A stretch of DNA of 63,942 nt, filler included, from Choristocarpus tenellus KU-1152 (lineage: Eukaryota > Protista > Phaeophyceae): the NCBI GenBank assembly GCA_964200185.2. It is 11 parts of 11 records of this genome, joined end to end, with 100 filler letters (N's around TTAATTAATTAA, not from the genome) between each part and the next. Parts side by side here need not be neighbours in the genome. Positions count along the whole stretch, not along the records: positions 45,991 to 50,146 come from CAXNAD020015937.1; positions 50,247 to 61,197 come from CAXNAD020002605.1; positions 61,298 to 63,942 come from CAXNAD020026005.1; 8 more parts are not named here. One strand, written 5' to 3'. Of this stretch, positions 48,195-61,524 are shown in pieces (position 1 is the first letter of the stretch; each line of letters starts with the position of its first letter). The notes under the pieces are model-generated. The model was not told the origin of the DNA. It made no database searches and saw only the letters and a list, made by a program, of their open reading frames with translations. The position numbers and the translations under genes were made by a program.

Positions 48195-50460
48195 GATATA
48201 GATGGATTGATCATGGCAAGTGTGGTGGGATAGCACCTCCCTGTCATACCTATTGTCATACCCAATGTTTATGTTCCCATGATGTGGTTGACTGAGGTAG
48301 AACAGTTCTCTTCTCCAGTCCCTTGGCCTTGCAAGCAACAATAATTCCACCTGTTGAAAGACCCTACTTGTCTCTCAAATTGTTGGAAGTATCTCTACGG
48401 ACAGTTGGGAATGGAGCAAACTACCATCATACAGCTGGAGTTCACTTCATAGTCCCAGGGACCACAACCTTGGGACAGTAGGTGAACTGAGGGCAGTCAT
48501 AGTTACATTGAGCTCGGGGGCCTTTTTGTCATTCTGCAGTGCTTGTGTAGCTACACCAGGCCCTATAGGGACAGGAAAAGGTGTATCTTTGGTGAGGATG
48601 ATAGTAGGAATGGGACAAGGAGATTCCGGGATGGGAGAGGTCTGTTAGTGGGACGTCATACGGGCCTCAGGGCAAGACAATGCGAGTTTGTCTGTCAGTA
48701 GTTCTGTCAGTAGTTCATTGTATAGAAGAATCGCGTGTGTGAAGCTGGTACACGTTTGGTGGGGTGACATGTTTTGGTGATTTCCTTTTTGAGTAACAGT
48801 AAGTTATTTTTTATTGAAGGGCTTGCGTATATAGATTTGGGGTGTACAGTTTCAGTATTTATGTGTACAGATTTTGCATTAATTATTTCTGTGGCAGGAT
48901 CAAAAGATGGAACATAAGGGGAGTGAACTCCTGACCCTTGCTGTCAAACGCTCTCTCCTATGGTATCGGTGCAATCGACCCTTAACTGTTTCGTTGCTAA
49001 TCTATTGACCATTAGACACCAGTCTCCATGTGCCTATGCCCAAGGTCATCTCTTTTCCTACTGAGTAGTATATAACTTGCTGCATCAATACCCACCGGCC
49101 AATGATCATCTCCTATTTAATATGAACGAATTGTGTTTGCTTCTCTCAACCAACCCTAACCCTATGCAATTTTCATTTGCACAAGAGTTGAACCACAGTT
49201 GTTGAAACTAATAGGACCTGTTGTGGTACTAATAATTGACCCCGACGTCCCTTCCCTACCTGCCCTGATCCAATATATTCCCATTCCTCTCTTCCTGTCC
49301 AAGATACACCTCTATATCTCTGTTCCCCTTGAGGGTACTGTCAAAAGGGTGATGCCTACATGTGCATCGTTGGGGATTAATTGGCACATCTCTATGGTTT
49401 GATTGATAGTTTGATTGATGGAAACTCACGGCAAAGATATTTGATGGGGGTAGTTGACTGAAATTTCTTTGTATATAGTACCCCCGTTGATTCTCACTAA
49501 GTAACCAATAATATACATATATACACATACAATACTTAATATACACATATGCACATACACATATAATATATACATCTACGTATGATAGTTGATATCGATG
49601 GGGTATAACTACTATATTCACTTAATGCAGTTCACCGCGGCATTGTTTGGAAGATCGTGAGTTGAATTACGCCTCTTGACTTCATATGAAACCCGTTTGA
49701 TCAATCATTTGAGAGGCGTGAGACATGACAAAGTTTGAGTCAAGCTTTAGTGGGACACACGCACTTGTTGTTGCTTGCACTGGTTTCAAAGAGCGGCACA
49801 AACACTACAGCTTGATTCGGGAGGCTTCCGAAGGTCGTTCAAACCTCCCTCTCGTTGTGTGTGTGTGTGTGTGTATTTTTTATTTTGTACAATGGCAAGT
49901 CTATTCGATTCCTTGACATTTTTGAACGGTGGAATTGGTTCCATTCCCAACTCCCTCGACCGTATTGCCAGTCCTACCGGTAAGTGTCCTTTGTCCACGA
50001 TCACTCTGTTCTCATTGTGGTGCGATGAATGGTATTCTGGGATGGTGGGATGAGGGTTCTCCACTTTGCTGTGAGCTGTAGTCGTGTTGGAGAGTTTTTT
50101 TTATTCCTCTGTGAGAGAGGGGGGGGGGGGAAGGCATGGGGGGAAANNNNNNNNNNNNNNNNNNNNNNNNNNNNNNNNNNNNNNNNNNNNTTAATTAATT
50201 AANNNNNNNNNNNNNNNNNNNNNNNNNNNNNNNNNNNNNNNNNNNNGGACACCCGCCCCCCCCCCCCCCCCAGATACTTTGAGCCATTCATTGATTTAGT
50301 CAGGCTTCCCCAGCTCTTGTTCAATAGTCAGCGAGCAGTAAGTGCTAATGCAAGTTTGTGCGCACCAGTTAAAAAAAAAATGTATCTCTTCACAATAGAG
50401 CCTTCGATGAAGTAGTAGTAGATGTTTGCAATAGACGGATACCCTGTTATTAAAACTCAC

Positions 50461-53400
50461 CCCATTCTCACAGAAATGCCCAACTGTCAGAGTAACATCT
50501 GCAGCATGAACCGACGTGTGGTATGGGTTAGGCTTCAGTGGATCGTAGCAATAGTTTGCCTCCACATGAGCCAGAAAAGTGGACAACCTCTGTGGGTTAG
50601 CATGGGGGGGTGGTTAGGTACGGAAACTGCAACCTCTTGGCAAGGAAACTGTCACAGGCTTGCAAAATCGACCAGGTTTAGGAGCAAAGGAAAGGATGGA
50701 TTTCAAAGATATTTTCTGCCGCCATCATGCCTGGAGAGCACCCGTACAAGTAGGAACACAAACAGGATTGAGGTTTGCAAAGACAGGGGAGGAGTTCTGA
50801 GGTGTTATCTATGAATATGTCTTTGTCATTCCTATGCATATACGTACAGTAACCCCACATCAGATTGATTAATTCTTGCATATGATATGAGGGTGGCCCC
50901 TCCTAAGGTGTTCGAAATCCCATTGAGCTTACAATCAGTGACTGACACCCAGAACGTTTTTGGTGTGCTTGATGCAGTATAGTATATACTTCATCATGTA
51001 TGCATATATTTAAGGGTCTCTGTCACATTAGTAAGTATGGAATATCAGAAGCCTGGTTCATTTTTTCGATGTGCATGGCGTCCACCACTTATTGTGAGTC
51101 AATTAAACGCTCATTGGGTACAAAAGAAACGGCGACATATATATAGTAAACTACTGCTACTCCTAGACATTTTGAAAAAATAATCCCGCCCTCACCCCCT
51201 TCAGTCTTGAGGTCAGAACACTGCTGCGTGTGGGCGTGCCATATCAATGAGGGTTGGGGGACATGCGCCATCAAGAGCAATAATCGCATCAATGAAATGG
51301 CCTTTAAGCACATTCCTAGCCAATGGAAGGCATTCACTGTGTAGTCTCCTGCACCCCCATCAATTACATTCTTATTGTTTCAGAACTGACCGGGCGCAAG
51401 TGCGGCCTTACATAGTACAGATACTGATGCATAATCAATCTCTAGGTTGATTTATTTTTGTGTTACGTCAAAACAAGATCACCCTCGTCCTGCCGCCCCC
51501 CTGCCCCCTTGCCCTCAATATATCAGCATTCCGCATGATGTCAATTTCTTAATTTCTTCTGCTCTACTTGACTGGCTACCTACCCGTGCTCCTATCCCCC
51601 CTCCTTTTCTCTCCGTCCAGGCCCTCTACCTCCCCTGTTCTTGCCTTAGGATCAACATTGAAAACACCAATAAAGTTGAAAAAGTTGAGGGTCAGCATTC
51701 CTGCATACCAAAGGGAATGCCCTCCTGACAATTCCTGGGATGCAGGACGGCAAGGGAAAGGCGGATGGGGAGGTAAGAGGGTCATCGTGATGATTGCATT
51801 ATTGGACAGATACCACTGCAGTAGTTAGTACTAATGATACTCAATTCTCAGTCTGTGCTTCCAAAAACATCGCATCTATCAATTGAGTCATTCTCATGAT
51901 GTCGGAAGAGGCACGGCGGGTGAGATGTCCCATTCTATCTGAGAAGGCACTTTCCATATCCTACAAGTGTTGTATAACTGCAAGTCAAGGACCGACAGTT
52001 GTTACAATCGTGTTGTATAATTAATCTGTTATGGAGAGTTTATGGTTTGGAAAGACACACACGCACGCACACACACACATATATATAAAGCTCAACACAT
52101 GTGCCAGACACTTTTTTCTCATTACTACCAATAGTTTTTTACAGGAGAAGGTATAATGAACAAATGGGGTATTGCGGGCTTGTCAAGGTGACAAGTTGGA
52201 GTGCATGGGGAGGGAATGGATGTGACAGGCATACCTCAAGCTTGAACACATTGAAATCCCAATCAAGGAAGTGATGTTCGGCGATGAGACCTGCTAAACA
52301 CTCCTGAGCCTGAGGGTTGATGCCCGGCCAGGTTGGCAGCAGCACTTGAAGGGGCTACCCACGAGAAAATGTGCAACAAATATGAGGAAATAGAGGAGTG
52401 GCTTACAGAGTGTGTTGATTGACAGTGGTTGTGATGTCCGTGGGGGTATAGTTCCACTCTAGATTGAAGTCGGTCTTGTATGGGAGATGAAGCAATCACT
52501 GGAGGAGTAATGTCTCATTGGCACGAGAGTATTTGTTATATATACTAGACTGTGAGGTGAGGACAAAGGGTGATGGTGTGGACTACATGGGTGGGACTTG
52601 AGATGTAGTGGTGGATACTGAGCTGTGAGACACTAAGGGTCGGGTAAGGTGCGGAAATAAGGGTTTAGGGAGTTAGGGGGGGGGATTGGTTGCGGTTGTA
52701 CTGACGATGACATGAAGGAGGGAAATTGTGCAGAGGCGGATTGATTTGTTGTGACCAATTATGTAAACCTGGGTACACACATTTGCTACAATTCGGATCA
52801 GGTACTAATTCAATAGACACGGTGAAAGTAATAACGAACTACTTAGTCCCTTTTGGGACCTCTTCGGCTTAATGCATTTTGGTGTGCATATGTGTGTACT
52901 TGCAAGTACAAAAAGAATGTCTGCCTATTTTGTTGTTGACTATAATGAACTTCACGCAGGAATTTGAGAGGGGAAGTGCTCCCCTGAGAGTAGGGAAATG
53001 ATGAAGACGCACACATGGATTTCTTGGTGCATTGAAGCACCTAACTCTTCAACAGTCTCACCTTCTCTTGCACAGTGCTGTCTTCCATTGTTTGTTCAGG
53101 AGGATCGTTCATGTCTCCACATCCTTCCTCACCTCCCTCCATTATCATCGCCATCAAAGATATTTCTTCAAACCTCCCCTGCAGAAGGAATGGTTCATGG
53201 GTGGATAAAAATGTGAATGTGAAGGAGTGAAAGTATGTTATAGGGTACAAGTTTTACCCTGTTTGTCCATTTGGGGCTTGACTTCCCCCAGAGTTTTTTA
53301 TGACATTTTCCTACTCCAAAATATTTCGGAGTCAGTAAAATGTATTCGTTATGAAAAGGTGTGTCCGGAACAAGGATATTGACGCTTCCTAACAAACACG

Positions 53401-56400
53401 ATAGCCAAANNNNNNNNNNCATCAAAATCGCAACATTGGATTGTGGCCCCCAAATGGACGCGGATCTACTCTCTAAGATACTTTGACTCGAAGGTGGTTG
53501 TAGGCACACAAACACGGACCCACACCTGTCCCTGCACACTGACCCAAGCACCGACAAAAGCCCACCTTAACGCACACAGCACGTGATATGTGGACAGTCA
53601 TTTGCTGATCACAACCATATTGTCCAAGGGGATAATTTGACCATTTTGAATATTACAATAAATGGATTTTAACAAGGTCTCAGCCGGCAACAAGCCCCTT
53701 GTGACCTATTGGGTAGACCTATTTAACGATTCACCTACTTCATATAAACGGTCAGGGAACCCTCTACCTAATAAGTGGTAGGCTGAAATGGTTGTGAGAG
53801 TGATCTACTTTGGAAAACAGCGTAGAAGACATTTTGTGTTCCCACGTCTGTTATGGGCCGAGGACATATTCCTGTGCTGCACTTTTGATTGTATTATGAT
53901 AGAGGAGAGAGCAAGATGGGTGTACCTCCAGGGCCATGAGCTGACAGACACTGATGTTGGAGCCTCGCTTCTTCTTGTGTTCCTGCTGTCTCACGTAAGC
54001 CTCACCAACCTTACGGAATATTGGTATGAACAACAGCGACAAGATTGGAAGGGAAGTCAAAGGACATGGAGGACGGGCGATTGACCATGAGGATGCTTGA
54101 GGAATCTGAGAGTCAGGAGAAGTGGTCATAGCATATTGTCAAATAGTCCTAACTGTTCATTCACACTTGAAATTCACAAGATTGCTGTACTGATGTACTA
54201 CCTCTTCCTGTCAACTAACAGATAACAACCATCTCTGTCCAGTTTGAATTTTTTGAAGGGACTGCGAATTATGTCAAGAGTCCAACCACTCTTCTGAACA
54301 TTTCGACTAAGCAAAACCTGGAACCACCAAGGCAAAACTAAGACACAACGATCTGTATATAAATCAATATCTAGCACTACAGAGTATCTGCAGGTCCCTC
54401 GCCTATCTGAATGGGAAGAGTGTGTAAGAACTGACTCTGCCTTGGACATTAGCCCCTAAGCAGTCCATTTTTTCCCAAGGTATTGCACTGTGTTTTTGTT
54501 CTTATTACTCAAACCAAGATCCACTTTGGTTGCAATTGAAGCTGGACACTAATGACACTTTAGGATAATTCATGCAAATCCTCTTTTAAAGACAGATGGC
54601 ACATATACATGAACGCCAACAGCATAGGAGGGAGAGAAGTTTCTTCCATTTTTTTGTTCACTTTAAATATCAGTGCAACACGCCCACTTTACAGGACTGC
54701 ACACAGACGAGAAAATATCATGTGCAGAATATATATTCCATGAGTGCTTGTCCCTTCCTTGTGTATTGTATTCAACGCTTTTACTGGAATAATTTGTTGA
54801 GCTTGCATATCAACTCACAACCCCACCTGCCCTCCCCCCCCCCCAACACACAGACCTCCCAACACACAGACCTCCTTCTGCCTCAGAAGCTGGTCAGAGG
54901 TCATTCCTGAGTCGATACCTTCCATGCTCTCCACATATAGGTTCGTCTCATTCTATAGGTGATGGCATGCAGGGGAAGGGGGTTGTACATTGAGAAGAGC
55001 GGGAAGAATAGACCAGGTTGCATCAAGAGGCAAAAGGGTAAGTGTCATAGTATTGGTCCTTCATTTTCGTGCCATGTAGAGACTGACCATGCACATGCAC
55101 AAATTGCTGAATATCTGGTGATGCACCAAGGTGAAAGCTTTGTTTCCGAACAACTGACACACAACATTATGTTGAGCGGTGAGTCTTGAAATTTGGCAAG
55201 GCAAGAACGGAGTGTTGGAATACAGTTACAACCTATGCAGGTTTACCTACCTCTGTTATTTTGCTTTGAATGCACCAATGCACGCTCTGCACCTCACTGT
55301 ATTCATGATCAGTACATTGGGAGGGTATATTTGGTGGTCTTTGTTGTCAAATTTTGTATAATAACACTTGCATTGGTGTGGATAAGTCGTTCAGAGCAAA
55401 AGTAAAAAACATCGCTGTTGTGTGACTATCCTGCCTAAGAAAGCACTCATATCTCGTTGGCTTATATATCTCAATATTTGAATTGAGTGTTGTATCATCT
55501 ACAATACAGCTACACTTTAAGGAGGAGTTGGGGCACCTCTCCACAAACATGACCCCACACCCCACACCCCACACCCCCAACCAGTATTTTCCTCACCTTT
55601 ACTGCCTGAAAGGCTTTGACCCTGGCTTCGGAGAGTCTCCCCTTCAAATCGTTCCACCTTGATGAGCTTGTATCAGAGGACTTGACCGCCTGGTCGGTGG
55701 AAAGGGAAGACTCGATCCACTCGCAGGTGGATGGGTCCACCCCGAGGTTGAATATGCTCTGGTGTGTCACCTTGTTCAAGTTCTCTGGCAAGCTGGCGGA
55801 GAATTGTGGTTAGGAGGTAAATCTGGTTATAAGGAGAGGGGTTAGGATCATCAGGTAGCGGTGTTGTTCCGTCAGGTCACAATTCTTTTGACAATAATGC
55901 GATGCTCCAGATACCAACAGCAATTCACCCACCTCATCAAAAACATTTCAGATTTCTTTTCTTATTCACGGGGGCAATTTTAGAAAGGTTTCTTTGCCAC
56001 AACATTCTCGACCATTCCTATTGACACTGTAAACTTCTGAGCCCGATACTTGCCCTCTGAAGCAACTAAGACAATTTGGATGATAGCTACCACGGACTCT
56101 CTAACAGGGCATTGAAGATCGGCCAGTCATTTAGTGTTTGCAGGTGGGAGATGGAGAGCAACAATATCTACGACAAGGAAGGCCATCAGGTTAATATCCT
56201 TAGAGTGGAGCAAAGTCAGGAAGAATAACCTCGTTGCACACATGACCGAAGGGTACAGTGTGTCAGTAGTGAACTGAAAATATAAACATAGTTAAGCATG
56301 GGAGAACACAAGCTCGGGGGACCAGAGTACTAAGTGGACAACAGCTATGTGAAGGCGTCCTCCCCACTGAATGAAACAGCCCACTGCTCTTGAGGCTCAT

Positions 56401-57540
56401 GAACTTGTTTGCTGATATTGAAACCTATACTGATGACCACTTCATGAGGAAATTGACAGATACGGGATGCCACAGCTGTTCTCAATTATGTTGAAGCCAA
56501 TATGTAGGTGGAAATATGTCCCTGAGGTCATACCAATATTTGCTTGTAATCTTCTAGTAGTCAGGAGAAGGAATCACATTTTCAATTAGGATCTGGGTTG
56601 GCGTGGTAAGTGTAAGCTTAGGACAAACTCCCACTGTCATCCTGAAATCAGGAGAAGCACTTTTCTCAAACCTGAGGATATCCAGTACTTTCTCCAGCAT
56701 TTGCAACGTCTTGGGCTTAGGAACGTGTTTCTCCACAACAAACTCCAGCATTCGCACCACCTGTTGCCAGGTGAGAAGGGATAGGGAAAAGATTAATTTC
56801 ACAACTATGGAAAGAGGACAGGAAGGAGGTCTCTCATGGGATCCTATGGTCTTGGAGGCAATTTGGCGCCACAATTTCGTAGCTGCTGATTGTTGTGTGC
56901 AAGGGCGTTAGATGCCTTGTTTACTCACTCATCTTACAAGTGATACAATCAACCATACCAGCTGCCTGCACGGGTCAATACCTCAGAAACTCGTCCAAAT
57001 TTTCAATCCTGGAGATGACCCATAGTATTTTGTATCATTGCATTATGAGTCAGAGGTACAGAGGAGACACATAAGATAATTATGAAATACAATCTTGCCT
57101 GTTCTAATGGAGTTTCTAGCATCCAAGGTGGTGCTGCCGGAAACTCCTCATCCACAATTGCGTAACCTTTCTCATCCTTCGCACTTTCTTCAGATAACAA
57201 CCCCTCTCCACTTTGCTTATCACTTCTAGTAGGCAAGACCATCCCTATTTCTCCTCCTTTGTCTGTCAATGTCCCAGTTGCTGAGTAAGCTACTGCCTGT
57301 TCAGCTGATACTTCCCTGCTTCGCCTTCTACCGCTCACACTTGAAAACTGTTCCTCGCTTCTATGCGTGCCAACTCCACTTCCTTCCCTCTCCACCTCCC
57401 TAATCGCACCGTTACATGTCAGCCCTTCTTCCAACGACTTACGTTTCAATGGTGGTTCGATTTTGACCCCCCAGTCTATTTCTCTAAAAGTTCTCTCTTC
57501 CCGTCCCTCGGTCCTATCTTTATGGTCGACATCGCCAGAA
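50461..57540 (-). CDS. 3',5'-cyclic nucleotide phosphodiesterase (class I), partial at both ends
   Basis: Phase-compatible exons ~57099-57540, 56672-56760, 55597-55792, 54872-54952, 53926-54009, 53062-53178, 52235-52354, 51645-51734 and 50461-50589. Motifs: DWDFNVFKLEELSGGHSL, FLAHVEANY, NPYHTSVHAADVT. Confidence 0.88.
53225..53489 (-). mobile_element. MITE-A, complete, inside a PDE intron
   Basis: Both TIRs present, flanked by GAAG / GAAG. It contains a 10-N gap. Confidence 0.88.
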
Positions 57541-58885
57541 CTGCAGATTGGAAGTGTCGAGACTGATCTACTTTCGAAGAAGAGCACCATCCAATACAGC
57601 ATCTTCGTAGGGAAGGGGACGATAATCGACACATCAAGGGTGTAGGGACACGTACGTTTCGACACAAGTCATTATCAATATTAGTTCGAATTGGGAGAGA
57701 GTGCTGGCCTCGAGTTTTTGTATATTGTAGGGTTGTGAATGTGTGCCTGTGTGCCATCTACCCTTTGTCCGATTCTCTTCATAACGCAGTTAGCGAAGGT
57801 CAGAGCTGGAGAACAAAAAACGCAATCGGGCAAGCTAAGTACAATAGCAAAGTGCATGGCTTATATTCATCTGTAAGGTTGAAGCCGACGAGAGTAATAG
57901 GCGAAGTATGCAAGGCAGTATCGAACACCGCTTCGATTCCTTATTTCAGTCATAGTCGAATTCAAGATGATTCGGTACAGTCAGAATATGTACTCAGTGA
58001 AGCGATTTACCTGAATCAGAAATGCTGCACCAGAGAAGAAAAGTGTGAGCCACTGTCTTCCTATGAGCTCGAACATGGCTACCAACAAGCAAAAGATCAT
58101 TGAAGTGAGACCCAAGCCAACCCATAGCACTTGTACTGATACGTCCTGGGCCATTAACCCTTCCCACTTCTACTTTCTTCTTCTCCCCGTCCTGGTGCTC
58201 CTCTCTCTTAAACAACGACTTGCAGCTGGCATTGCCAGAGAAACTCCAGTGGCTGGGGTACACAAAAGTTCCGAGGGCTCCGATCTCCGACTTCCCCTTT
58301 TATTTATCCAAGAAATGAAACTGTGAAACGTTTCAATAGATTGATAATTGACAACGTAGACACTTTTTAAGGCGTATGGAGTTAGGAATTAAATAGACCA
58401 TTCAGCTGGCATGGGACGATTGTCATGATCGATTTCGTCTCGTACGGCTTGTGTGACTTGGGACTACCATCGTCAGATATACCTTAAGGTGAACTTACAC
58501 CCTATCCCAAGGGCGGTCAGAAATCTGTTTGTCCGAGGTGAGTAGTACCTCGACATGTATGCAGAGTGCGGTGGTACTGTATGCAGTACAAACTCCTGCA
58601 TGTCTATCCGCACCCTTCAGCCATACCATGTGCAGTGAATAGCCTTTGCCACAACCCCTACCTTGCGCACTCATCAATGGGCAAAATATTCCAGGTGTAG
58701 TGGCTGCTTTCATGAAATGCAACTGGGTGAATCATAATGAGGCGGATGAGATGAAGAAGATGCTTCTTTTTTCTGTCACACTCCCAAGGAAGAGAAGAGT
58801 GATAAGGAAATCATCACTGACGATGAGCCCCCTGTCGTGTCAGTAACTTCTTTTCCACACAATAAGTTTGAATAGTTGCAGGTCT

Positions 58886-59145
58886 GAGCCAAAGTATCTT
58901 AGAGGGTAGAGCCGCGCCCATTTGGGGACCAAAATCCAATGTTGCGATATTGATGTGATTTTGGCTATCATCTTTGTTAGGAAGTGTCAATATCCTTGTT
59001 CCGGACCCAAATTTTCATAACGTATACATTTTACCTACTCCAAAGCATTTTGGAGTAGAATAATGTCACAAGAAGAGACCATGGGAAGGCAAGCCCCAAA
59101 TGGACAAACAGGGGGAAACTTGTACCCTCTAAGATACTTTCACTC
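58886..59145 (+). mobile_element. MITE-A, complete
   Basis: Both TIRs are intact. No clear TSD (GTCT / ATAT). Confidence 0.9.
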
Positions 59146-59636
59146 ATATGTTAGATAGTTTAGAGAAGTGTTTACAAACTTTGTTAGTAGGAAAAATAGA
59201 GGAAGTGACATTCGTTTAGCTCATAGCCCATCATGTAATATGCTGGCAGAAACTATAAGAAATGATGTATACGATAATATGACTTTCAGGTGATGCCAAA
59301 TGTACACATGTTATTATTGAGTATTTTTTACCTTATTTCTTATCATAGAAATACTTTGATTGTAATTTAATTTGAATCTGGAGGAATCGTTGAAAGAGTT
59401 TTGCACCTAACGAAGCAACACAAACCTAACATTTGTTTTAGGAAAAATATAATATAGTGGAGATTATTTGAGGAAAAAATCTTGATGTAAATCTAGATAG
59501 GATAAAAGAAATTCCTTTGTTCCGACCCAGAATTAGACATTCCTCGACATTGATCACGTACTTTGCCTGTTGCCCATAGATACTCCTGTCAAGAAGACAT
59601 GGAAGAGAGTGAGAAAGGAGCGGAGACCAGGTACTC

Positions 59637-59769
59637 AGGCAGAGTACCTTGAGTCAAGGGTTGAGAAGAGCCAAACAAATCATAGAAGCTAAGTCTTTCA
59701 AAATAGGCAGGGTACCTTGAGTCGAGGGTTGAGAAGAGCCAAAAAAGTAATAGAAGCTCAGTCTTTCAA
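59637..59769. repeat. 68-bp tandem duplication
   Basis: AGGCAGRGTACCTTGAGTCRAGGGTTGAGAAGAGCCAAA...AGTCTTTCAA occurs twice. Confidence 0.85.
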
Positions 59770-59844
59770 GACAACAAGCTACAGTATCACAACATGAACA
59801 TGTGTAGCAGCATACTTGGGATCACAGGGAGGGTCAGAGCACAT

Positions 59845-60089
59845 CATTTAAGAGGGTAGGAGTTTTTCCCCAATTGTCCGTTCAGGGCTTGGCTTCCCAT
59901 GGGGTTTTTTATGCTCTTATTCTGTTTGAACACAGTTGCCTAAAATGTATATGACTGTGAAAGGTGCGTCTGAGGCAAGGATATTAACACTTGCTAGCAA
60001 ACACGATAGCCAAAATTACATAAAACATTGCAACATTGGATTTTGGACCCCAAAGGGATGCAGCCCTACCCTCTTGCATGCTTTGTCTC
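59845..60089 (-). mobile_element. MITE-A, old degraded copy
   Basis: Retains GGCTTGGCTTCCCATGG and CAAACACGATAGCCAAAATTACA. The TIRs have decayed. Confidence 0.75.
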
Positions 60090-61020
60090 TCAAGGTTGTT
60101 ATGCGGGGATCAACACGGCAAGAGGCTGTACAGTCAGTAGTGTGCTTGAGTCAGAAGGACAATAGTGGATAATACCCCACTGTGTTTATACCTCGAAGTG
60201 CATGACAAGGTAGGCGTGTTTCCTTCACGGACAGAATCCTACTCTGTATGCTTGCGATAAGGGGCAAAACTCTCTGTAACAGCTCCCTAGTTGCAATGCC
60301 CACATGTCTTTATTGTTTGTGTGTGTATGTTTGGAGGGGTGAGTGTTTTTTCAACATCATCCTTCCCATATGTTCGTGTTATATGTTTGTGCCTGTCCTG
60401 TCATTACCAAGGGACGGGACAAATGTTTTTATGACCGTGAGGTGTTTTCCGTTTTTATGTGACTATTGTCGTATGTAGATTTGATTTCTGTTGAAGCAAA
60501 AAAAAAATCTGCGAACAGTACCTGTAGATTTTGTGAGTGCTTGAAGTTGGTAGAGAGGTCTCCTATAGGCAGTGTGTTTAGCATACTCTTTGTTACGCGG
60601 TTTTTCACTTGAACATTAGGTCAAATGCAGAATAAGTGCTGTGAGGTGCGAGTTGTCACACTAGTCTATCACTAGGGCAACACTGATAGGGGGGTTTTAA
60701 ACCAGGTTTCCTCTCTCCCCTATATCCCCTTTATTGCCTGTTTAAATGTTAGGATCTGGTAGTGACATATAATTTCATATTTGCTTAGTCCACTGTTGGA
60801 AAAAGAGAGGCGTTTTCTTACTTCCGGCTGCCTAATGGTAGCTCTGAACCAGTCATATCTTGCTTTACACTGGGAGGGGGGGGGAGCGTGTTACAGGCAA
60901 TGCCCTGCATGTCCTGTTCACGTTCAGCAATTAACAGGCCTTTCTAATTGGGTCATTATCATACCACATGCTAGCAAGTGGTCCAACAAGTGAGGTTGTC
61001 CGCCTTTCAGGAGTTCTTGA

Positions 61021-61173
61021 GAGTGAAAGTATCTTATTAAGAGAAGGTACGAGTTTTGCCCCGTTGTCCATTTCGGACTTGGCTTCACATGGGGGTTTTT
61101 ATGACATTTTCCAACTCCAAATTGTTTCAGAGTAGGTCAAATGTATACGTTATGAAGAGGTGTGTCTGGAGCT
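61021..61173 (-). mobile_element. MITE-A, partial, interrupted by a MITE-B end at 61174
   Basis: GAGTGAAAGTATCTT start and internal hairpin, followed by GACCCAAAGTATCTG. Confidence 0.8.
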
Positions 61174-61440
61174 GACCCAAAGTATCTGAGGGAGGGGNNN
61201 NNNNNNNNNNNNNNNNNNNNNNNNNNNNNNNNNNNNNNNNNTTAATTAATTAANNNNNNNNNNNNNNNNNNNNNNNNNNNNNNNNNNNNNNNNNNNNGGA
61301 CACAAGAGTACTTAAAGAGTGCTCACAGGCGGGGTGGGTGAGTGAGGGGGGGGGGGGGGGTTACACTTCACTGCAATATACATAGACTATTGAAAAGGTT
61401 CCCTCTCCCACTTGGGACAAAGCGATATGGCAATGAGGAC

Positions 61441-61524
61441 TCAAATATACATATCAAATATACATATTAAACACAAATATCAGATGTACGTATCAAATAT
61501 ACATATCAAATATACATATCAAAT
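61441..61524. repeat. 13-bp tandem repeat TCAAATATACATA, about 6 degenerate copies
   Basis: Seen directly in the sequence. Confidence 0.8.
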
